Source: a virus (Duplodnaviria > Caudoviricetes). Taken from it: 58,770 nucleotides of DNA. Below the pieces are notes generated by a model. That model was not told the DNA's origin. It did not search any database and worked only from the letters and a program-made list of their open reading frames with translations. Position 1 is the stretch's first letter. Each line of letters begins with the position of its first letter. The DNA lies in IMG/VR virus record IMGVR_UViG_3300045996_001447, positions 1-58,770 of that record. One strand, given 5' to 3'. Below, piece after piece: positions 17,216 through 26,894 of the stretch. The position numbers and the translations under genes are program-made.

Positions 17216-19608
17216 GCCCGATCGACATGGAGGCGCTGGCCGAGACGATCGCCGAGGACGCGCGCACCGAACCCGACCGCGACGCCCCGCGGCCGACGCT
17301 GCGCCCGTACCAGGTGCGTCTCCTGGATGCGATCTTCACCGGCTGGGACGCCGGGCTGTCCCGGGTGGCCATCTCGATGGCGACCGGCGGGGGTAAGTCG
17401 GTGGTGTTCGCCGAGGTGGCGCGCCGGCACCTGGCCGCGCATCCGGACGCCGGGCCGGTGGTGCTGCTGACGCACCGCCGCGAGCTGGTGGAGCAGGCCG
17501 CCGGACACTTTCGTCGGGCTGCGCCCGACTTGCGCGTGTTGGAGGTGATCGGCTCCCCGGGCCCCTACGGCTCGGCCAAGCGGACGTCCACGGTGCGCCG
17601 TTGGCGTCGGGCGGACATCCTGGCCACCAGCGTGCAGACCCTGGCCTCGGTGAACACCCGCGACGTGTTCCCCGACCCCAGCCTGGTGATCGTGGACGAG
17701 TCGCACCACGCGATGGCCCAGTCCTGGACGACCGTGCTCACCGCGCTGGGCGCGTTCTCCGGTAACACCCGCGCGCTCGGGGTGACCGCCACCCCGTTCC
17801 GCGAGGACCACCGCAGCTTCTCCGATGTCTGGCAGGCGATCGTGGCCTCGGTGGACATCTCGTGGCTGATCGCCCACGGGCTCGACGCCGAGGGCAACGA
17901 GGTGCCGGTGGCGCCCGGTCACGGTTACCTCGTGCCGCCGGATCTGCGCCACCTCACGATCGATGGGCTGAACCTGGCCGATGTCCCGACGTCGCGCCGC
18001 TCGGGCGCGGTGGACTACCGGGAGACCGAGCTGGCCGATGCGATGGAGGAGGCCGGCGCGTTCGACATCGTGGCCCAGGCCGTGGTCTCCGAGTTGCCCG
18101 GGCGCAAGGGCGCGGTGTTCGCCCCGACCGTGGCGTCCTCCCAGGCGCTGGCCGGCCGGCTGACCGCGCTGGGCCAGCGCGCCGAGCACCTGGACGGCGA
18201 GACCCCCAAGCCCGAGCGCAAGGCGATGCTGGACCGGTTCCGGGCCGGGACGACGCGCTGGCTCTGCAACGTCGGGATCATCTCCGAGGGGTTCGACGTG
18301 CCGGACATGGACGCGGTCGTGCTGGCCCGCCCCACCCGGTCGCGGATCTTCTTTCGACAGTCGGTGGGCCGAGCGCTACGCCCGAGCCCGGGCAAGACGG
18401 GCGCGATCGTGCTGGACGTGGTCGGGGCCAGCGACGGGCACACGCTGGCCGGCGTGGAGTCGTTGACCGATGCCGACGTCCTGGACTCGGTGGCCGGCGA
18501 GGGGCTCACCGAGCTGCTGTCCCGCTCCGAGCGGGCCCGGGCCGGGCGGGCCGACCGGATCGCCGCGCACATCCGTGACGCGCGCGACGTGCAGACCCGC
18601 GCCGAGCACACGGTGGAGCAGATCAGCGTCACCGCCGAGGGGATGCGCGAGGCCCTGCCGGGGCTGGCCACGTTCCCCGAGCGAGCCCGCGCCGCGCTGC
18701 ACCCGGTGCTCGACCACACCACCGCGGTCACCGACCAGGAGAGCCCGGCGGTGCTGGAGCACTCGGGCGCGATGACCCTGGACGAGCTGGGCCGTATCGA
18801 GCGGGTCTGTGCCGACGAGGTGGCCGCGGCCCACAAGCGCCTGGCCGAGCTGGACACGCTCAAGGATCTGATGCGCCAGGCGCTGGCCGAGCTGCGCGAG
18901 GACCCCGAGGGGGAGGTGGCCCGAGCACTGGTGACCGGTCGGGTGGCCACGGTGCGCGGGCAACTGTTCGGCGAGGCCGAGGAATGGATCCGCCCGGCCG
19001 CGCCCGGGCACGCCGGAGCGCTGCAGGTGCGGGGCGGCGGTCGGAACGCCCGTCCGACCCATCCCGCCCGGGTGGGGTGGCTGCTGCGCTCCCCGGCCGG
19101 GCACCTGTTCGCGCCGATCCAGATCCCGGACCCGGCCGACCCGCGGCACGCCACGGCCTACGGCACGACCGAGGTCTACGCGGGCGAGCGTCGCCCGGAC
19201 GGGCTCGTGGTGGCCGCGGCACTGCCGGGCGGTCGGTGGTTCCCGGTGACCTGGTCCTCGGTGGACCAGAACGTCACCGAGATCGGGCGCACGCTGTCCG
19301 ACGAGTCGGACGCCTACCGGCTGGTGGTGGAGTACGCGATGGAGAACACCGCCGCCCCGAACCTGCTCAACCCCGGCTCGGCGTGGCGCCGCAAGCCGTC
19401 CCCGACCGGCAACGGCGCCCGGGCGATGGCTCGTCGCGTTGCTCCGAACGCGGAGATCCCGGACGACGCGACCGCCGGGTACGTCTCGGACGTGATCAGC
19501 ATGGGCAAGTTCGGCCACGTCGTGGACCGCCTCGCCTCGTGGGTGGCCACACAGACGGCCACCATGTCCACCAGCAGCTCCCCCGCACAGAACGGAACCT
19601 CGGCATGA
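17212..19608 (+). CDS. SF2 (ResIII/Irc3-like) DNA helicase
   Basis: LRPYQ, ATGGGKS, VDESHH, TATP, SEGFDVP, QSVGRALR motifs. Confidence 0.92.
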   Translation: MSPIDMEALAETIAEDARTEPDRDAPRPTLRPYQVRLLDAIFTGWDAGLSRVAISMATGGGKSVVFAEVARRHLAAHPDAGPVVLLTHRRELVEQAAGHFRRAAPDLRVLEVIGSPGPYGSAKRTSTVRRWRRADILATSVQTLASVNTRDVFPDPSLVIVDESHHAMAQSWTTVLTALGAFSGNTRALGVTATPFREDHRSFSDVWQAIVASVDISWLIAHGLDAEGNEVPVAPGHGYLVPPDLRHLTIDGLNLADVPTSRRSGAVDYRETELADAMEEAGAFDIVAQAVVSELPGRKGAVFAPTVASSQALAGRLTALGQRAEHLDGETPKPERKAMLDRFRAGTTRWLCNVGIISEGFDVPDMDAVVLARPTRSRIFFRQSVGRALRPSPGKTGAIVLDVVGASDGHTLAGVESLTDADVLDSVAGEGLTELLSRSERARAGRADRIAAHIRDARDVQTRAEHTVEQISVTAEGMREALPGLATFPERARAALHPVLDHTTAVTDQESPAVLEHSGAMTLDELGRIERVCADEVAAAHKRLAELDTLKDLMRQALAELREDPEGEVARALVTGRVATVRGQLFGEAEEWIRPAAPGHAGALQVRGGGRNARPTHPARVGWLLRSPAGHLFAPIQIPDPADPRHATAYGTTEVYAGERRPDGLVVAAALPGGRWFPVTWSSVDQNVTEIGRTLSDESDAYRLVVEYAMENTAAPNLLNPGSAWRRKPSPTGNGARAMARRVAPNAEIPDDATAGYVSDVISMGKFGHVVDRLASWVATQTATMSTSSSPAQNGTSA

Positions 19609-21110
19609 CCGACACCGAGCACGAGAACACCGACGGCACCCCGGAGCCGACGGTCACGTTGCACTACGGGGACTGCCTGGAGGTGCTGCGGACCCTGCCC
19701 GACGACTCCGTCCACTGTGTCATCACGGACCCGCCGTACGGGCTGGCCGAGCACAAGCCCGCCACGATCGTCACCGCGCTGACCGCGTGGGCGAACGGGG
19801 ACCGCGACCACGTCCCCACCGGGCGCGGGTTCATGGGCCGGGACTGGGACGCGTTCGTCCCGCCGCCCGCCGTGTGGGACGAGTGCCTACGGGTGCTCAA
19901 GCCCGGTGGGCACCTGGCCGTGTTCGCCGGGTCGCGCACGGTGGACCTGATGGGGCTGTCGATCCGGTTGGCTGGGTTCGAGATGCGGGACGGGATCGCG
20001 GCGTGGCTGTACGGGTCCGGGTTCCCCAAGTCGCTCGAAGTCGGCAAGGCGATCGAGCGGAGCAAAGTCACAGGAGACGCGTCGCTGATCGTGCGCGACA
20101 TCACCGCTCCCGCCACCGACGCCGCCCGCACCTGGGACGGGTGGGGGACCGCGCTCAAGCCGGCGCACGAGCCGATCCTGATCGCGCGTAAGCCGCTCGG
20201 CGGGACGGTCGCGGCGACCGTGCTCGCACACGGCACCGGCGCGATCAACGTCGACGCGTGCCGGGTTGGTATGTCCGAGCCTGCCCAGGGCGGCCGGTGG
20301 CCGACGAACGTTGTGCTGGCGCATCACCCCGGGTGCGGCCCGGACGAGGCGCCGGGGCCGTGTGTGCCCGGGTGTCAGGTGGCGGAACTGGACCGGCAGA
20401 GCGGGCAACAGCGCGACGGGCTCGCGGTCAAGCGGAACGGTGCATCGACGGGCGGTCTCTATGAGGGCGGTTTCGGGAGGGTCGCGAGCGTTGACCAGGG
20501 CTACGGCGGCCAAGGCGGCGCCTCTCGCTACTTCCCGACGTTCCGCTACCAGGCCAAGGCCCCCAAGCGGGAGCGCCCGACGATCGACGGGAAGGGCTGG
20601 CCCACGGTCAAGCCGCTGGGGCTGATGGAGTGGCTGGTGCGACTGCTCTGCCCGCCGGGCGGCACGGTGCTGGAGCCGTTCACCGGGTCCGGGGCGACGT
20701 TGGAGGCCGCCCGCAACGTCGGGGTGAGCGCCATCGCCGCCGAGCGTGACCGGTTCGCCTACCGGCTGGCTCACGTGCGGCTCGGGTGGGACGACCCGGG
20801 CGACGCGGAGCCGGTCGCCGATCCCGATCCGGTGGTGGTCGAGGTGCCGTCCCCGACGCCGATCTCCGAGGCCGCGTGTGACGTGCACGGCCCGCACCCC
20901 GGGACGGTGGACTGCCTGGACTGCCTGGCCCAGGTGAACACGACGGTGGACCTGGTGGTGGGCACCGCGACTCGGTTCCCGGAGGTGCCGGGGGTGGCCG
21001 AGGCGGCCGAGCGGGCGGAAGCGGCCACGACGGTGGCCGAGGCCCAGGCGGCCCGTGACGACCTCAAGGCGGCCCTGGTCGCGGCTCGGACGAGCCGGGA
21101 GGCGTCGTGA
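19605..21110 (+). CDS. DNA methyltransferase (N4/N6, beta-type), orphan
   Basis: GDC, TDPPY, YGSGFPKS, LKPAHEPI, PTVKP, EPFTGSG. Confidence 0.92.
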   Translation: MTDTEHENTDGTPEPTVTLHYGDCLEVLRTLPDDSVHCVITDPPYGLAEHKPATIVTALTAWANGDRDHVPTGRGFMGRDWDAFVPPPAVWDECLRVLKPGGHLAVFAGSRTVDLMGLSIRLAGFEMRDGIAAWLYGSGFPKSLEVGKAIERSKVTGDASLIVRDITAPATDAARTWDGWGTALKPAHEPILIARKPLGGTVAATVLAHGTGAINVDACRVGMSEPAQGGRWPTNVVLAHHPGCGPDEAPGPCVPGCQVAELDRQSGQQRDGLAVKRNGASTGGLYEGGFGRVASVDQGYGGQGGASRYFPTFRYQAKAPKRERPTIDGKGWPTVKPLGLMEWLVRLLCPPGGTVLEPFTGSGATLEAARNVGVSAIAAERDRFAYRLAHVRLGWDDPGDAEPVADPDPVVVEVPSPTPISEAACDVHGPHPGTVDCLDCLAQVNTTVDLVVGTATRFPEVPGVAEAAERAEAATTVAEAQAARDDLKAALVAARTSREAS

Positions 21111-21320
21111 CACTCTACACCGAACGCCGGGCACGCAAGGCGCACCGCTGCACCCGGTGCCGGACCTGGATCCAGCCGGGCGAGACCTACGTCCGGGCCG
21201 CGCTCCCGCCGCGTTCGGACCCGTTCAATTCGGACCACTGGTGGACCGACGTGGCGCACGGCCGCTACCCGGCGGACTGTCCGGTGGACGCCTGGGGCCA
21301 GCCGCGGGAGGCGTCGTGAC
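21096..21320 (+). repeat. 16-bp direct repeats flanking a small gene
   Basis: CGGGAGGCGTCGTGAC at 21096 and 21305. Confidence 0.85.
21107..21319 (+). CDS. small Zn-ribbon-like hypothetical protein
   Basis: RARK.H.C..C...I.PGE.Y motif; GGAGG RBS. Confidence 0.75.
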   Translation: MTLYTERRARKAHRCTRCRTWIQPGETYVRAALPPRSDPFNSDHWWTDVAHGRYPADCPVDAWGQPREAS

Positions 21321-21594
21321 TCGCGTAACCGTGGCCTGGGCGTTGATCGTGCTCGGGGTGTTCGGATTCTTCACCTACGCGGTGTTCTGGACACCCGATG
21401 ACCGGCAGTCCGGCCAGCCGGTGCCCGGGGACCCGCGGGCCAGCCAGGGCGCCCGGCTGACGTCCTACTGCCTGACCGACGGCTCGGGGATGCGGGTCTA
21501 CGAGCGCCCGTTCCCGTCCGGCGGCACCCAGCCGCTGTTCAGCGTGGTGTGGACCGGCGGGCTCCAGCCGGGCAACCCGGCACGCTGTCCCTGA
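21316..21594 (+). CDS. membrane protein
   Basis: N-terminal TM helix; RBS and coupling. Confidence 0.65.
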   Translation: MTRVTVAWALIVLGVFGFFTYAVFWTPDDRQSGQPVPGDPRASQGARLTSYCLTDGSGMRVYERPFPSGGTQPLFSVVWTGGLQPGNPARCP

Positions 21595-21708
21595 CTGTCG
21601 TTAGGGATGACAAGCAAGGTTGACAGTCTCTGCTAAGCTACCTGGGCAACGCGACACCGAGACGAGACACGGGCAACAGCACGCGTCACGAGACAGGAGA
21701 ATTCGATC

Positions 21709-22302
21709 ATGGCCCTCGGCACCGACCAGGAGACCTGGGCCGACGCGCCCGGGTACGCCGGTCGGTACAGCGTGAGTACCGAGGCCCGGGTGTGGTCGCA
21801 CCTGTCCGGCGATTACCGCGCACTGGTGATCGGCACCCATGGCTACTGGCAGGTCACGCTCACCGGAGCGGACGGTCGCAAGCGCACGCACACGGTTCAC
21901 GAACTGGTGGCCGGTGCGTTCCTCGGCCAGCGCCCGGATGGCCACGAGGTACGCCACCGTGACGGTGACGGGCTGAACTGTTGCCGGGTCAACCTGGAGT
22001 ACGGCACGAGCGCGGACAACACCGCCGACGCCGTCCGGCACGGCACCTACGTGGCGCCGACTCAGGATCACCAACGGGCCAAGGTCCGGTGCCCCGGCGG
22101 GCACTTGCTGGCCGAACCGAACATCCGGGCATCGTTCCGGACGGCGGGCAAGCGCGCGTGCCTCGCGTGCAACCGCGCTACCGCCACCGTGAGCAACGCC
22201 AAGGCCAAGGGCATCGTCCTGGTCAAGGCGCTGGTCTCGGACGAGCACTACCGCAAGATCATGCCGATGACCCTGGACCCGTCCTGGGTTGGCTGGCGCT
22301 GA
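21709..22302 (+). CDS. NUMOD4-HNH homing endonuclease
   Basis: W...PGY.G.Y.VS (NUMOD4); VHELVA.AFLG, VRH.DGD..N...NLE.GT...N (HNH); C-terminal CP.GH...C..C. Confidence 0.9.
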   Translation: MALGTDQETWADAPGYAGRYSVSTEARVWSHLSGDYRALVIGTHGYWQVTLTGADGRKRTHTVHELVAGAFLGQRPDGHEVRHRDGDGLNCCRVNLEYGTSADNTADAVRHGTYVAPTQDHQRAKVRCPGGHLLAEPNIRASFRTAGKRACLACNRATATVSNAKAKGIVLVKALVSDEHYRKIMPMTLDPSWVGWR

Positions 22303-22350
22303 CACGAGACACACGACACGAGCGACGCGCTACGGTCACGACATTAGGAG

Positions 22351-23052
22351 ATGAGTCCGATCGCACTCGGTACGTTCACGCCCCCGGTGGGTGGCAAGGC
22401 CGGTTCGTTCGACCCGCGCAACCACGCGGACAAGCCGCTGATCGTGGTGGTCCGCGAGTTCCGCAAGGACTTCACCACCCGGCGGTTCCCGAACCCCAAG
22501 GATGTGATCATCGTCGACATCGTGGACATCCTGGCCGACGCCGTGCACATCTCGGTGATCTGGGGCTCGGGCGCGATCGTGGACCGGCTCAAGGACCAGG
22601 TCCCGCAGAACGGTGAGGCCCCGCAGCGGCTCCCGGTCAAGATCAGCCACGTGACCTCCGGCGCGGGGAACCCGTACTGCACGGTGGACCCGCTGGAGGG
22701 CAAGGCGCTGGAGCTGGCCGCGGCCTGGGACCAGCGCTACCCGACGCGGATCGACGACGAGCGCGCGGCGCGCGAGGACGAGACCCGCAACGCCGTGGCC
22801 CGGTACGAGGCCGGCGACCAGACCGGCGCCGCGCCGGCCCCGGCGTTCCAGGGTCTCGGCAACGGCCAGCAGCCCGCGCCGCAGCAGCAGGCCCCGGCCG
22901 CCCAGCCGCAGCAGCAGGTGGTGCACTCGACCACGGCCCCGCAGCAGCAGGCCCCGGCCGCCCAGCCGCAGCAGCAGCAGGCGCCCGCGGCCTCGGCGCC
23001 CGGCGGGATGTCCGACGCGGACATCGAGCGTGCCATCGCCGCCCTGGGCTGA
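22351..23052 (+). CDS. putative ssDNA-binding/recombination protein
   Basis: AGGAG RBS; beta-rich N-domain, P/Q/A tail with 60-bp repeat; next to Cas4-like nuclease. Confidence 0.55.
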   Translation: MSPIALGTFTPPVGGKAGSFDPRNHADKPLIVVVREFRKDFTTRRFPNPKDVIIVDIVDILADAVHISVIWGSGAIVDRLKDQVPQNGEAPQRLPVKISHVTSGAGNPYCTVDPLEGKALELAAAWDQRYPTRIDDERAAREDETRNAVARYEAGDQTGAAPAPAFQGLGNGQQPAPQQQAPAAQPQQQVVHSTTAPQQQAPAAQPQQQQAPAASAPGGMSDADIERAIAALG

Positions 23053-23067
23053 TCCGCCCACCGACAA

Positions 23068-23113
23068 CCGCCCGCTGTCCGGAGATCTTCCCCCGACCCC
23101 GGACAGCGGGCGG
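23068..23113 (+). terminator. 15-bp hairpin
   Basis: CCGCCCGCTGTCCGG / CCGGACAGCGGGCGG. Confidence 0.6.
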
Positions 23114-23133
23114 CCCCATCTGAGGAGACGCCC

Positions 23134-23937
23134 ATGGGCCTCGGTGAGTTGCCTGTTCGTCCCTACATGGCGCACGCCGCGGCCGACGAGACCGGGTTGC
23201 GCTCGGAGATCATCCGGGTGATCCGGTTCGCCGCGGACAACGCGCCACGGTCCCTGCAGCGCCGGGTGGGCCCGTCCCAGGTGGGCACGCCGTGCGCGCG
23301 CCAGCTCGCCTACCAGGTGGCCGAGCACCCCCCGGCGCCCGGGCGGGAGTCCATGCACGACCCGTGGCCGTCGATCCTGGGCACCGCCACGCACGCCTGG
23401 TTGGCCGAGGCGTTCGAGGTGGCCAACGTAGATGCCGAGCGCGCCGGGCTGTCCGGGCCGTGGCACCTGGAGCGCAACGTGGACGTCGGGCTGGGGCTGC
23501 GCGGTTCGTGCGACTGTTTCCACGAGCCGACCGGCGTGGTGCTGGACTGGAAAGTCCTGGGGGACACGCAGTACCGCAAGTACACGACCGAGGGCCCGAG
23601 CGAGACCTACCGGACCCAGGCGCACTGCTACGGGCTGGGCTGGATGCGCGCCGGGTTCACCGTCAACCGGGTCGGGATCGGGTTCTTCGGCCGGTCCAAG
23701 AAACTGTCCGACCTCCACATCTGGTCCGAGCCGTTCGACCTGGAGGTGGCGCTGCGCGCGCTCAAGCGCCTGCGCACCGTCCAGCAGCTCGTCCAGGCCG
23801 GCGTCGGTCCGCGCCAGATCCCGGCCAAGCCGGGCGGGGCCTGCTATTTCTGCTCGTGGCGCGGTCGCCCGGAGGACGGGTTCTGCTCGGGCACTTCGGA
23901 GGAGGACAACCTGGCCCCGCGGTTCAGCGGCCAGTAA
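23134..23937 (+). CDS. Cas4/RecB-like PD-(D/E)XK exonuclease
   Basis: GPS..G.PC.R, GT..H, D...DWK, Q...Y, CxxC...C. Confidence 0.85.
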   Translation: MGLGELPVRPYMAHAAADETGLRSEIIRVIRFAADNAPRSLQRRVGPSQVGTPCARQLAYQVAEHPPAPGRESMHDPWPSILGTATHAWLAEAFEVANVDAERAGLSGPWHLERNVDVGLGLRGSCDCFHEPTGVVLDWKVLGDTQYRKYTTEGPSETYRTQAHCYGLGWMRAGFTVNRVGIGFFGRSKKLSDLHIWSEPFDLEVALRALKRLRTVQQLVQAGVGPRQIPAKPGGACYFCSWRGRPEDGFCSGTSEEDNLAPRFSGQ

Positions 23938-23944
23938 CCAGGGG

Positions 23945-23973
23945 TTGTACGACTGACGGATCAGCCTTACAGT
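23945..23973 (+). promoter_or_regulatory. SigA-like promoter
   Basis: GGGG-TTGTAC-17-TACAGT; TGACGG variant of spacer box. Confidence 0.65.
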
Positions 23974-24015
23974 GGACACCGAGGGACCACCCCACCGACC
24001 GAACGGGAGAACGAC

Positions 24016-24348
24016 ATGAGCACCGAGAACACCACCGAGGCCCCCGCGCCCAAGCCGGGCAGCGCCACCGTGGACGCCGGCCCGATCTCGGACTGGATCG
24101 ACACGCTGGCCAAGGCGCGGCACGCCAAGAAGATCGCGACCGAGCGTGAGGCCGAGGCCCGCGACGCGATCCTGAGCTACCTGGACGCGCACGGAGCGCG
24201 GTTCGGGACGATCAACGGGGTGCCGCGGGTGGACGCGAACCCGTCGTCGCAGACCCGGTTCGCTACTGCGAAATTCCGCGACGCCTACCCGGACCTGGCC
24301 GCCGAGTTCTCGGTGTCCACGCCGATCACGAAACTCGAACTGAAGTAG
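24016..24348 (+). CDS. hypothetical protein
   Basis: GGAGA RBS; RF...KF...YPDL..EF motif common in phage recombination regions. Confidence 0.75.
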   Translation: MSTENTTEAPAPKPGSATVDAGPISDWIDTLAKARHAKKIATEREAEARDAILSYLDAHGARFGTINGVPRVDANPSSQTRFATAKFRDAYPDLAAEFSVSTPITKLELK

Positions 24349-24355
24349 CGCGACC

Positions 24356-24422
24356 GCTCCGGTAGCTCAACGGTAGAGCCGCCTGACACGCAGAGATCCG
24401 GGTTCGAGTCCCGGCCGGAGCC
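24356..24422 (+). tRNA. tRNA-like RNA with truncated anticodon stem (GAC/Val-like loop)
   Basis: acceptor GCTCCGG/CCGGAGC; D arm GCTC-AACGGTA-GAGC; T arm CCGGG-TTCGAGT-CCCGG; only 18 nt between D and T arms. Confidence 0.6.
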
Positions 24423-24466
24423 CGACCATCACGACACCGAGCACCGATCACGAGGGGAACGACGTC

Positions 24467-24676
24467 ATGGCGGGCAAGCATCGATCCGGCGAGACCAAGG
24501 GTCAGAGCAAGACAAAGAAACACGGTCAGGAACCGCGCCGGATCCTCCCGGCGCCGCTGTGCTCGTGCGGGTCGGGGATCTCGACGAACCGTTGCAACTG
24601 CCGACGCGTGCGCTCCGGGCGCGACCGCATCCCGACGCTGGGCAGGGGCACGACCAAGAAATGGGGCCAGCGGTAG
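24467..24676 (+). CDS. small basic hypothetical protein
   Basis: GAGGGG RBS; CxC..CxC. Confidence 0.55.
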   Translation: MAGKHRSGETKGQSKTKKHGQEPRRILPAPLCSCGSGISTNRCNCRRVRSGRDRIPTLGRGTTKKWGQR

Positions 24677-24678
24677 CG

Positions 24679-25485
24679 ATGGCCTGGGAGGACCACCCCG
24701 AGCTGCTGCACGCGCCGGGGGACGGATACGACGACACCGAGCACGACGAGGACGGAGACGACATGCACGGGTTCGACGACGACATCGTGGACTGGATGAC
24801 CGACCCGATGCGCGAGGCTCAGATGGCCAAGCGGATCGCGATGGCCCGGCACCCGGCGGGGCGACGCCGGCCGATCCTGCCGCTGGAGGTGGCCATGGCT
24901 GCTGCGGCGCCGGCCGGGGCCGAGCGGTTCGGCTCGGAGCCCCCGATCGGCACGGTGCTGCGCTGGAGCGCACCCGGCCGCTACGGCCAGGGTGTGACGC
25001 TGACGTACCTGGCCGTGCGAGTGGGCAACGGGGACTGGTACTCGACCGGGTCCAGCCGCGGGTCCATGAGCTGGGCCCAGCTCGTGCACGTCATCGGGGA
25101 CAAACCGTGCCACGTGGCCACGGCCTGGACCGAGATCCCGGCGCCCGAGCCGGAGCCGCAGGGCGACGACGTGGTGGCCGCCTGGGCGTCCCAGTTCCGC
25201 CGCGCCGACGTCTCGGCCGATGGCCGTGGACCGATCGGTGAGGCGGCCGCCGAGGCGGTGAACCTGGACGAGGCCGCGGAGGGCTGGCAGGTCCGGTGCC
25301 GGTCGTGTGGGCGCGTGCTGGGGATCTCGGCGGACGCGTCCGTGCTCCCGGACCACATCTCGTCAGGCACTTCTACGGAGTTCTGCACGGGCTCCGGTTC
25401 GCTTGTCCAGGGCGCCTGGCCCTCGGACCAGCACCCGTGGCGGACTTCCGCACGTGAGCGACACAACGACCCGGAGCAGGACTAA
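24679..25485 (+). CDS. hypothetical protein
   Basis: operon packing; GTV.RW...Y.A.R....WY.TG...SW.QL domain. Confidence 0.7.
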   Translation: MAWEDHPELLHAPGDGYDDTEHDEDGDDMHGFDDDIVDWMTDPMREAQMAKRIAMARHPAGRRRPILPLEVAMAAAAPAGAERFGSEPPIGTVLRWSAPGRYGQGVTLTYLAVRVGNGDWYSTGSSRGSMSWAQLVHVIGDKPCHVATAWTEIPAPEPEPQGDDVVAAWASQFRRADVSADGRGPIGEAAAEAVNLDEAAEGWQVRCRSCGRVLGISADASVLPDHISSGTSTEFCTGSGSLVQGAWPSDQHPWRTSARERHNDPEQD

Positions 25486-25967
25486 TGCCCGGCGGGCTGG
25501 TGCTGCTGCTGGGCGTGGTCGCCGCGATCGTGTTCTACCTGCTGGCCGGTGTGCTGGTCGCTCGGGTGTCGGCACACCGGCTCTACGGGGTGAACGTGCG
25601 CTACGTCCGAAACCAGCGCGGTTCCAGGACGTGGAAGGGCAACTGGCTTACCGACCCGTTGACCGAGGCGGAGATGGCCACGGTGTTCCGGGAGATCCGC
25701 AGGGACCAGCGGGACATGATCATTCACTGGCCGGGGGAGATCGGCTATCTGATCAGGTCCCGTCGGGGTCGGCGGGACGTGGCGGCGGGCTGGATGGTGG
25801 CCGGGGCCCGGGCCGCGCACGACGAGGTGGCCGGCGCCCGGGCCGCGTTGGAGGTCTGGGAGGCCGAGCTGGCCGACGACGCGATGACCGACATGCACCG
25901 GGAGGCGGCCCAGCTCCTGGTCGACACCACCCGCGAACGGATCAAGCGGCTGGAGGGCCGGAACTGA
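25485..25967 (+). CDS. membrane-anchored hypothetical protein
   Basis: N-terminal TM; TAATG coupling. Confidence 0.65.
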   Translation: MPGGLVLLLGVVAAIVFYLLAGVLVARVSAHRLYGVNVRYVRNQRGSRTWKGNWLTDPLTEAEMATVFREIRRDQRDMIIHWPGEIGYLIRSRRGRRDVAAGWMVAGARAAHDEVAGARAALEVWEAELADDAMTDMHREAAQLLVDTTRERIKRLEGRN

Positions 25968-26245
25968 TGATCAAGCGATACGAGCCGGTTACCCCGTTCG
26001 ACCAGGACCCGGAGCCGGTGACCTGGCCGCGGTACCTGAGCTGGCGTTGGGGCTCCCTGCCGACGTGGGCCAAGGTGTTCCTGGGTACGTTCGTCACGCT
26101 GCTGGCGGCGGTCACGTTCGGCCTGCTGGCCGCGTGGTTCTTGTCCTACGGCTGGGTGATCCCGGGAGTGATCACGATCTGTGCCGCGGTCGCGGCGTTC
26201 GTGACCGGGTTCGCGGCGCTGGTCACCGAGGGGTTCAGTGGATGA
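25967..26245 (+). CDS. two-TM membrane protein
   Basis: GGAGG RBS, TGATG coupling, hydrophobic helices. Confidence 0.7.
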   Translation: MIKRYEPVTPFDQDPEPVTWPRYLSWRWGSLPTWAKVFLGTFVTLLAAVTFGLLAAWFLSYGWVIPGVITICAAVAAFVTGFAALVTEGFSG

Positions 26246-26640
26246 CCGCGACCGAGACGACCGAGAACTCCGCCGAGCTGGACGCGCTCAGCGCCCGGAT
26301 GGTGGCCCAGCTCGACGCCTACCACCGGGTGGGTCCGCTGGCCGACCAGTTGGGCTGGGCGCTCTGGATGTGCTGCGCGCGCAACGCCGCCTGGTGCCGG
26401 CTGCTGGCCGCCTCGTGGCAGCAGGTGTCCGAGGCGGTCCCGACGGGGCTGCTCGCCCAGGCCGCGCTCAACTCGACGCTGCACTACGACAGCGCCCGGG
26501 CCCAGTGGCGCTCGTTGGCCCTGGCGGTGGCCCGGGAACAGCGCTGCGCCGAGCCGGCGCCGGTCTCGGGTGACGAGTGCACGCTGATCACCGGGCACCC
26601 GGGGCGACACCGGGACCCGAGCCACGGTGTCGACCGATGA
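26242..26640 (+). CDS. hypothetical protein
   Basis: ATGA coupling; C...C.L..GH.G.H motif. Confidence 0.65.
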   Translation: MTATETTENSAELDALSARMVAQLDAYHRVGPLADQLGWALWMCCARNAAWCRLLAASWQQVSEAVPTGLLAQAALNSTLHYDSARAQWRSLALAVAREQRCAEPAPVSGDECTLITGHPGRHRDPSHGVDR

Positions 26641-26894
26641 CCGCGCCGGAGAATCCGGTGTTCGTCCTCGCCGACCACTACCGGATGGCTGTCGAGTACG
26701 CCCGGGCGAACGACCTGGGACCGGAGGGCCGGGGATGGGTGTTCACGACACGGCTACGGCAGGTCCTGGGACGGACGGGTCCCGGCCGGTTCGTGTGGGT
26801 GTCGATCGGCGCGGCGCCTCGGGACCTGGCCGAGGAACAGCGGGTCATCGCCACCCATCTACGCCTGTACGGGTTCACCGAGGCAGACCGGTGA
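26637..26894 (+). CDS. hypothetical protein
   Basis: ATGA/GTGA coupling. Confidence 0.6.
   Translation: MTAPENPVFVLADHYRMAVEYARANDLGPEGRGWVFTTRLRQVLGRTGPGRFVWVSIGAAPRDLAEEQRVIATHLRLYGFTEADR

Noticed and set aside
19605-22302. Restriction-modification system (MTase plus nearby nuclease)
   Set aside because: The nuclease is a NUMOD4-HNH homing type; the MTase is a typical orphan phage enzyme.
22879-22977. 60-bp-period duplication in the SSB-like gene
   Set aside because: Low-complexity Q/P/A linker slippage.
23134-23937. Cas4 as part of a CRISPR-Cas system
   Set aside because: No other cas genes or array; solo Cas4-like exonucleases are routine in actinophage recombination modules.
24356-24422. 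Canonical tRNA-Val(GAC) or an attP-associated tRNA fragment
   Set aside because: Anticodon stem is too short for a normal tRNA; both halves are present and no integrase is adjacent.
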